DNA from: an uncultured Candidatus Bathyarchaeia archaeon
GTDB taxonomy: Archaea; Thermoproteota; Bathyarchaeia; TCS64
Assembly: GCA_964559155.1 (NCBI GenBank)
Contig: CAZLHA010000002.1
Coordinates: 1-40,597, forward strand
Direction of reading: 5' to 3'
DNA: 40,597 bases
Within the stretch, counting starts at the first letter, position 1. Each line of letters begins with the position of its first letter. Both the position numbers and the translations under genes were made by a program. The notes under the pieces were generated by a model. The model made no database searches and was not told the origin of the DNA. It saw only the letters and a program-made list of their open reading frames with translations. Positions 35,441-40,597 of this stretch are shown here, piece after piece.

Positions 35441-36195
35441 ACGTGAAGAACTAGTCCAAGAATCATGGCGAATAACATTCCCAAGAGTAAACCACTAGAA
35501 ACCATGTGTTTATGGTCAAGTGTACAGTATTCATGAGCAATAGGGATCAACTCATCGATGGTCACATAGGTCATTACCCCCGCCGCGAATCCTAGACCCC
35601 AGCCAATAATATTCATGCCTACGCTTGCGATTATGATAACCCCGATTAACGCCCCCAAGGCTTCCATTAATCCACTTAAAGTAGCGAGACCCACAGCCCT
35701 CCACTTATTTACCCCGGCGTTAATTAATGGGCTAACCGTGGCTATGCCTTCAGGGATATTATGTAGGCAGATCATTATAGCTACAAGGATACCCAGCTCT
35801 GGTATATGCCCATAACCAGCGCTGACCACTATACCTTCAGGCAGGTTATGAATCGACATCCCAACCGCTATCAACAAGCCACTGTTGAACAAATGACGGT
35901 CCTGTACCCCTTCTTCCCATAAGCCGAATTCGATGTGGGGTAGAGTCAAGTCTATACCCATCATAAACAGTGTTCCCGCTGCGAATGCAAGAGTAACTTT
36001 CCACGGAGATAAAACGCTTATAGCCTCCGCGTAAAGTTCGATGAAACTAACAACCAACATAACTCCACCGGCAAACCCCATCAGGAACCCCATCTTTCTA
36101 TCGCTGATATCCCCGAATCGTAGTACTATGAGTCCACCGATTCCTGTAGCGCTCCCTGCTATCGTGCTGAGAATTATTGGAATTAGTAGGTTCAA
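35437..36195 (-). CDS. zupT: ZIP family divalent metal (zinc) transporter
   Basis: 252 aa, 8 TM. Paired HNLPEGI and HNIPEGIA motifs. Confidence 0.8.
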   Translation of the reverse strand: MNLLIPIILSTIAGSATGIGGLIVLRFGDISDRKMGFLMGFAGGVMLVVSFIELYAEAISVLSPWKVTLAFAAGTLFMMGIDLTLPHIEFGLWEEGVQDRHLFNSGLLIAVGMSIHNLPEGIVVSAGYGHIPELGILVAIMICLHNIPEGIATVSPLINAGVNKWRAVGLATLSGLMEALGALIGVIIIASVGMNIIGWGLGFAAGVMTYVTIDELIPIAHEYCTLDHKHMVSSGLLLGMLFAMILGLVLHV

Positions 36196-36293
36196 TTGGT
36201 TCTCCTAACGCATCTATACCTTTTCTTTAATATTTTAGGCTTGTCTAATCTTTCACGTGTTTCGTATACTAAACCCTATACACGGCCCTAAAC

Positions 36294-36806
36294 ATGATAC
36301 ATGCATCTATGAATTTCAATTGTCAACAATGTGGAAAATGTTGCCGTGATCTGGTCTTCAGAGACCATGGAGTACTCCGTGGTTTAACTCTTCTCCCAGA
36401 GGAAACAGAACACTTCAGGGAAGAAGCCATAGAGCCATACCTCGGCTCAGGTAAACACCCGGACAGCGTGAACTTCACGATACTTGCTTATCAGTTAATA
36501 GAAACAGTCTGCCCCCATCTAGCGGAAAACATGTGTAATATATACGCCTCCAGACCAGTTTCCTGTAGACAATTCCCCTTCAGCCTAGACCCCGACCCAG
36601 AGGAGGGTGTACTTCTCGGTGTAGACATGAACTGCCCCGCAGCCGTTGAACTCGTGAATAACTGCACTGGACAGATCGCCTTCCCGGATAGAGACGCGGC
36701 CGCTAAGTTATTCTCCTTAAAACAATTAGCTATGAAGAAACCTAGACAGGTCTGGGTCTATGATCTAGCTCAAGAAAAATGGGTCCGCTATGATAGGTTA
36801 GATTAG
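36294..36806 (+). CDS. YkgJ/UPF0153 family CxxCxxCC cysteine-cluster protein
   Basis: 170 aa. The N-terminal CQQCGKCC plus downstream C...C...C pattern is typical of the putative zinc/iron-chelating domain family. Confidence 0.65.
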   Translation: MIHASMNFNCQQCGKCCRDLVFRDHGVLRGLTLLPEETEHFREEAIEPYLGSGKHPDSVNFTILAYQLIETVCPHLAENMCNIYASRPVSCRQFPFSLDPDPEEGVLLGVDMNCPAAVELVNNCTGQIAFPDRDAAAKLFSLKQLAMKKPRQVWVYDLAQEKWVRYDRLD

Positions 36807-37405
36807 AAACCTATCACAGTATTAGTCACCATGGGGATGCTTCTCTCTATAGCTAGTTTAGCTCCACCACTGGGCTGTATCTCAATCCTGAGCTCCTCAT
36901 ATGGATGCGTATAGATGTTATTCCTATCCTCCTGTACTGGATCCACGCTGGTTCCATCTAGCTCAGTGAAGTCGATTACCACCTTGAATTTTTCACCTGC
37001 CTCAAGCATAGAGTCTCCATCACCGGCAACCGGTGTAATGGTGGTCACAGTACCGTTAGAGTCATAGATGGATCCATGACACCTGGGGTTAGTATACGTG
37101 ATAACCACCCTGTTATCATCCATATCAATGGGGGTACCTCCCTGACTGAGTCTGAGATAGAAAGTAGCCTTGGTGAGACATATGGTGCTCTGGGCACCTG
37201 TTGTGTTAGCGAATGTTCCAATAACCTCAGAGTCCATCTGTAATGCTGCGCTGGACTCATCAATACTGCTGCTTATAACCGACTGGGCTTGCTCCGCCGA
37301 TAACGCCCCCATGTTTAGAACCACGAAAGCGAAAGCTGAAGAAGTAATCACAAAAGCCACCAATATAATGGCTGTCTCCAAGCCCGTTAATCCCCGTCTA
37401 CTCAT
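36803..37405 (-). CDS. archaellin / archaeal type IV pilin-like protein (class III signal peptide)
   Basis: 200 aa. The N-terminus MSRRGLTGLETAIILVAFVITSSAFAFVVLNMG closely parallels crenarchaeal FlaB N-termini (..KGLAGLDTAIILIAFIITASV..). The C-terminus EIQPSGGAKLAIERSIP is archaellin-like. Confidence 0.75.
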   Translation of the reverse strand: MSRRGLTGLETAIILVAFVITSSAFAFVVLNMGALSAEQAQSVISSSIDESSAALQMDSEVIGTFANTTGAQSTICLTKATFYLRLSQGGTPIDMDDNRVVITYTNPRCHGSIYDSNGTVTTITPVAGDGDSMLEAGEKFKVVIDFTELDGTSVDPVQEDRNNIYTHPYEELRIEIQPSGGAKLAIERSIPMVTNTVIGF

Positions 37406-37478
37406 TTATTCTCACCTGAATACGCATGTTTTTCGGGTGAATCGTGTTAAAAGAAAATGTATGTTAGGTTTACTACAT

Positions 37479-37940
37479 TCAACGATGATCCTTGGCCATA
37501 TCAGGAGTCTTTACCGGCGTGAGCACTAGGTTCCAGTTATCCAGCCTCCATGATCTGAGTCCTGCGTACTCTATCTCATTTTCCTCCAGTAACTTCAACG
37601 CCTCATCCTCGCTCCCCTCTGGGACATAGAGGAAGAATTTCTTGTACTTTACCCCGGGACCCGTTAACCGGCTCATGGTTCGCCATTTCTCCACGTGATC
37701 ATCTGTGTAGTTCTCACTAAGCTCAACTTCTCCGCATTCACGGACTGATCCATCCCTGTTTAGCACCACTACGCTGGGAGCAAGTGGTCCTTCCTCTGTC
37801 GCAAAGAACCATTCAGGGTCTCGGGGATCGTTGGCTATGGTGATTCGGGTTTCATCCCAGTCATCCTGACCCACAAAGGGGAAACGGGTAGCAGCGATAA
37901 CCCGGTTGATACGTGCCTTCAATATATCCTGCTCTACCAT
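37479..37940 (-). CDS. hypothetical 153-aa protein, translationally coupled downstream of the sugar kinase
   Basis: Clean ORF. The start overlaps the kinase gene by 7 nt. No family recognised. Confidence 0.4.
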   Translation of the reverse strand: MVEQDILKARINRVIAATRFPFVGQDDWDETRITIANDPRDPEWFFATEEGPLAPSVVVLNRDGSVRECGEVELSENYTDDHVEKWRTMSRLTGPGVKYKKFFLYVPEGSEDEALKLLEENEIEYAGLRSWRLDNWNLVLTPVKTPDMAKDHR

Positions 37941-38890
37941 ACTCCATCTTGCTCCCTGATGAGGTTAACCGCTTCATCATAGCTAGGGATGGGTGCGACG
38001 GCTCCTAGTCCAGTTGCCGTTAGAGCACCTACTGCATTACTAAAGCTGGCTGTCTTCTCCAGATCCCAGTTCATCTCAATTCCTTTTATCCATGCTCCGT
38101 CGAAGGCATCACCCGAGCCAGTGGTATCCACCACGTCTACCTTGTACCCGGGCATGGTAAACTCTTGTCCATCCGTTGACACGAAGCACCCTCTACCCCC
38201 ATGTTTCACAACCACGGTGTCAACTCCTAATCCCCTGAGATGATCTGCAGCCTTCTCAGGGCTCTTGATCCCATACAGTGTGTTTATATCCTCCATGCTA
38301 GCGAAAACCACATCACATACCTTGAAAACCTCAGCGAGGCTACTTCGGGCTGTCACAATATCCCATAGCTTGGTTCTCATATTTATGTCGAAGCTGTTGT
38401 ATCCACCGTTCTCTTTCACGGTTTGGAGCGCCTTGATGGCGGCTTCTCTTACCTCTGGACTAATAGCGAGGCTTATCCCACTTGTATGGAAGTAACTAGC
38501 TTCACCAATGTAATCAAGGTCAAGATCATCCACATTATACCTGCTAGCAGCGGATCCAGCTCTATAATAAGTGAAATCATGGTCTCCACCCTCGATAAGG
38601 CTAATTATATAGATGGCTGTCCACCCACCGGGTTCCACCAATACTCTGCTACTATCCATCCCCTCTCTTTCCCATAAATCAAGGAAACTTCGTCCAAACT
38701 CGTCCCCCCCAAGCCTGCAAATATGCGCCACTTCAAGCCCCTGTCTAGCCGCTGCTACGGCGAAATTACTGGTGTCTCCACCCCATCCCCGCTTAAATAA
38801 TGATACATCCCCTAATCTACCAACCTCTGTTGCGCAGAACTCCACCATGGGTTCTCCGAGACCTATTACATCCGGGCTCATAATACTCAA
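37934..38890 (-). CDS. kdgK: PfkB-family sugar kinase, likely 2-keto-3-deoxygluconate kinase
   Basis: 318 aa. GGDTSNFAVAAARQG (the GG motif region) and DTTGSGDAFDGA (the PfkB ATP-site signature). It is divergent from a DapA/KDG-aldolase family gene. Confidence 0.7.
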   Translation of the reverse strand: MSIMSPDVIGLGEPMVEFCATEVGRLGDVSLFKRGWGGDTSNFAVAAARQGLEVAHICRLGGDEFGRSFLDLWEREGMDSSRVLVEPGGWTAIYIISLIEGGDHDFTYYRAGSAASRYNVDDLDLDYIGEASYFHTSGISLAISPEVREAAIKALQTVKENGGYNSFDINMRTKLWDIVTARSSLAEVFKVCDVVFASMEDINTLYGIKSPEKAADHLRGLGVDTVVVKHGGRGCFVSTDGQEFTMPGYKVDVVDTTGSGDAFDGAWIKGIEMNWDLEKTASFSNAVGALTATGLGAVAPIPSYDEAVNLIREQDGVW

Positions 38891-38959
38891 CCAAACTGTG
38901 CTTTCACCGGGATAAGATTTGGCACAAATAATAACAATCGAGTCAACCCTATATGACCC

Positions 38960-39838
38960 ATGGAGCCATTATCAGGTATTATCACAGCCCTCATAACGCC
39001 TTTCACAGTGGAAGGTGAGTTGAAGAAAGAAGCAGTAAAGCCTCTCATAGATTTTCAGGTGAAGGGAGGTGTGGATGGGTTATTTCTTTGCGGTACAGCT
39101 GGACTGGGCACAGTAATGCGTACAGATCAGAGAATAGAGATGTATCAACTATCAGCCAAGGCAGCCCGTGGCCGGGTGAGACTACTGGCCCACGTTGGAG
39201 CATCCAGCACAGGGGAAGCCGTACGTCTCGCAGTGGAAGCCGAGAAAGCCGGTGTGGACGCGGTTGGAGCTGTTCCACCTTACTTCATGAAGCCTGACGA
39301 GGAGAGCATCCTCAATCACTTCAAATCAATTGCAGACGCAACGAAGTTACCCGTCTACATATACAATATACCACGACAAGCCCTCAACGCTGTAACTCCA
39401 GAGATGATGCTGGAGTTATCCAAAGTACCTAACATCCAGGGAGTGAAAGATAGCAGCAGGGATTTTATTAATGTCTTAAACTATCTCAGGTTACTCCCAG
39501 ATACTTTTAGCGTAATCTGCGGTACAGATAGTTATATTTACCCGGCGATGGTTATGGGCGCCAAGGGAGCCATAACAGGCTACGCCAACGGGTTCCCAGA
39601 CATTTACGCGGACTTTTTGAAAACTATCAAGTCAGGTGACCAAGAGGCAGCCAAACGGAAACAATTCGAGATAAACATGCTGAGAAGCAAGCTCCAGAAG
39701 CCACCCTTGGCCCCCCACTATGAAGCATTACGTCTCAGAGGCGTTGACTGCGGGGTTCCAAAGGCACCCTTGAGAGCAATGACCGAGGATGAATCAGAAG
39801 CTTTCGTGAGGGAGATAGAGAAACTAAGCATCCTCTAG
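38960..39838 (+). CDS. DapA/NAL-family class I aldolase (candidate KD(P)G aldolase)
   Basis: 292 aa. GLFLCGTAGLG, YIYNIP and the Schiff-base lysine context GVKDSS. Pairing with the PfkB kinase suggests a KDG pathway rather than lysine biosynthesis. Confidence 0.7.
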   Translation: MEPLSGIITALITPFTVEGELKKEAVKPLIDFQVKGGVDGLFLCGTAGLGTVMRTDQRIEMYQLSAKAARGRVRLLAHVGASSTGEAVRLAVEAEKAGVDAVGAVPPYFMKPDEESILNHFKSIADATKLPVYIYNIPRQALNAVTPEMMLELSKVPNIQGVKDSSRDFINVLNYLRLLPDTFSVICGTDSYIYPAMVMGAKGAITGYANGFPDIYADFLKTIKSGDQEAAKRKQFEINMLRSKLQKPPLAPHYEALRLRGVDCGVPKAPLRAMTEDESEAFVREIEKLSIL

Positions 39839-40597
39839 GCTATCTATTTCCTCGTCAATTATTTTCTCGATGTCATCCAGCTTACCTTTTATCCATTGCT
39901 GGAGTTCCCTGATCTTCTGGACCCTTGCATTCCACTTTGGTACATCAATGTTTTCTCTTATGGCCTCCTCCACAATCTCTTGGAAAAGATTAGGATCTAA
40001 AGCATCCAGTTCCACTGATTTATTACCATATTCGGCTAGAAAGCTCTCAGAACGGGCGTCACTTCTCTTAACCGGCATGGGTGGCAGATTGTATTCTCTT
40101 ATCTGATCTAGTGTCAGGGCGATTCTCTTTACCTTGAACTGGGTTGCACCATAACGGGTGAGTCTTTCCTCCAAGTCTCTTTCAATATCCACGCCGCTGG
40201 GGTCAAAGTCACCGAAATAGAGAACTACTGTTGGTTTTCCACCGAGTCTGGTCTCCATATACTTGGCCATGGTCTGTACATAGCTAAAACTCGGATAACC
40301 TCGTGTCGGGAACGTCCTAACAGAGTACCGGTTACCAACCCTGCTTACGAGTCTGCTCAAGGCATCTTTTTCTAGGCTAATCAGGAGGTATACTGGCTGG
40401 TCCTCCCACATGGGCATGGAGAAACCTTTCCAACTATCCTGTAGGCTATTTAATCTCCTTTTCAGATAATCCTCAGCTGACTCATAACCCGTATCTCCAC
40501 GACCCAGCACACGTCGGCTACGGTCCTCGATACAGTTAAGGGTCACGTCACCCTGCTCTCTGGCTTTCACCATTATCCTGCTTAATCGCTTGTAGCT
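39824..40597 (-). CDS. Topo VI-A/Spo11-type Toprim domain protein (partial; ORF open at window end)
   Basis: The Toprim Glu context is LLISLEKDALSRL, followed by RGYPSFSYVQ and the DxD motif VVLYFGDFDPSGVDIERDL. There is no stop in the 8 codons upstream of the first Met (40573), so the N-terminus may lie off-window. Confidence 0.6.
   Translation of the reverse strand, partial: SYKRLSRIMVKAREQGDVTLNCIEDRSRRVLGRGDTGYESAEDYLKRRLNSLQDSWKGFSMPMWEDQPVYLLISLEKDALSRLVSRVGNRYSVRTFPTRGYPSFSYVQTMAKYMETRLGGKPTVVLYFGDFDPSGVDIERDLEERLTRYGATQFKVKRIALTLDQIREYNLPPMPVKRSDARSESFLAEYGNKSVELDALDPNLFQEIVEEAIRENIDVPKWNARVQKIRELQQWIKGKLDDIEKIIDEEIDSLEDA

Noticed and set aside
17864-40597. Idea that the SMC-kleisin-KITE operon and the Toprim protein together form a Wadjet (JetABCD)-type system.
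   Set aside because: The genes are ~18.5 kb apart, separated by about 20 unrelated housekeeping genes, and the gene order differs from jetABCD. I kept them as two separate findings. Only co-occurrence statistics could revive the link.

Overview
Very gene-dense archaeal chromosomal window with about 50 protein genes, 3 tRNAs and no rRNA, CRISPR array or recognisable transposase or integrase. Archaeal origin is supported by HypA plus a Mrp/MinD ATPase-type HypB candidate, a Sulfolobus-like archaellin signal peptide, A/T-rich TATA-like boxes about 40 nt upstream of start codons, and oligo-T tracts after genes. Most content is housekeeping or accessory metabolism. This includes metal handling (NikR, frameshifted CooC-like ATPase, HypA, CPH-type P1B ATPase, ZIP, ArsR-like regulator) and phosphate uptake (Na/Pi cotransporter plus two DUF47/PhoU-like paralogs). 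It also includes peptide and amino-acid catabolism (M19, M24, C26 peptidases, BCAT, 2-hydroxyacid dehydrogenase, amidinotransferase-fold enzyme), a KDG kinase/aldolase pair and two MFS transporters. The strongest candidate for something new is a translationally coupled three-gene operon at 17864-21274 (minus). It encodes a 684-aa hingeless SMC-like ATPase with SMC5/6-type head motifs, a ScpA-like kleisin, and a tandem winged-helix (KITE, MAGE/Nse3-like) protein. Four other loci merit follow-up: a cytosolic 473-aa internally duplicated protein whose pattern resembles BPI/TULIP lipid-binding proteins (29959-31380); a Topo VI-A/Spo11-type Toprim protein running off the window end; a textbook C2H2 zinc finger protein; and a LuxE-like adenylating enzyme convergent with a radical SAM/SPASM enzyme. 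Six convergent gene pairs share a 4-nt stop/stop overlap. All functional calls rest on motif recognition by eye, with no database search run.
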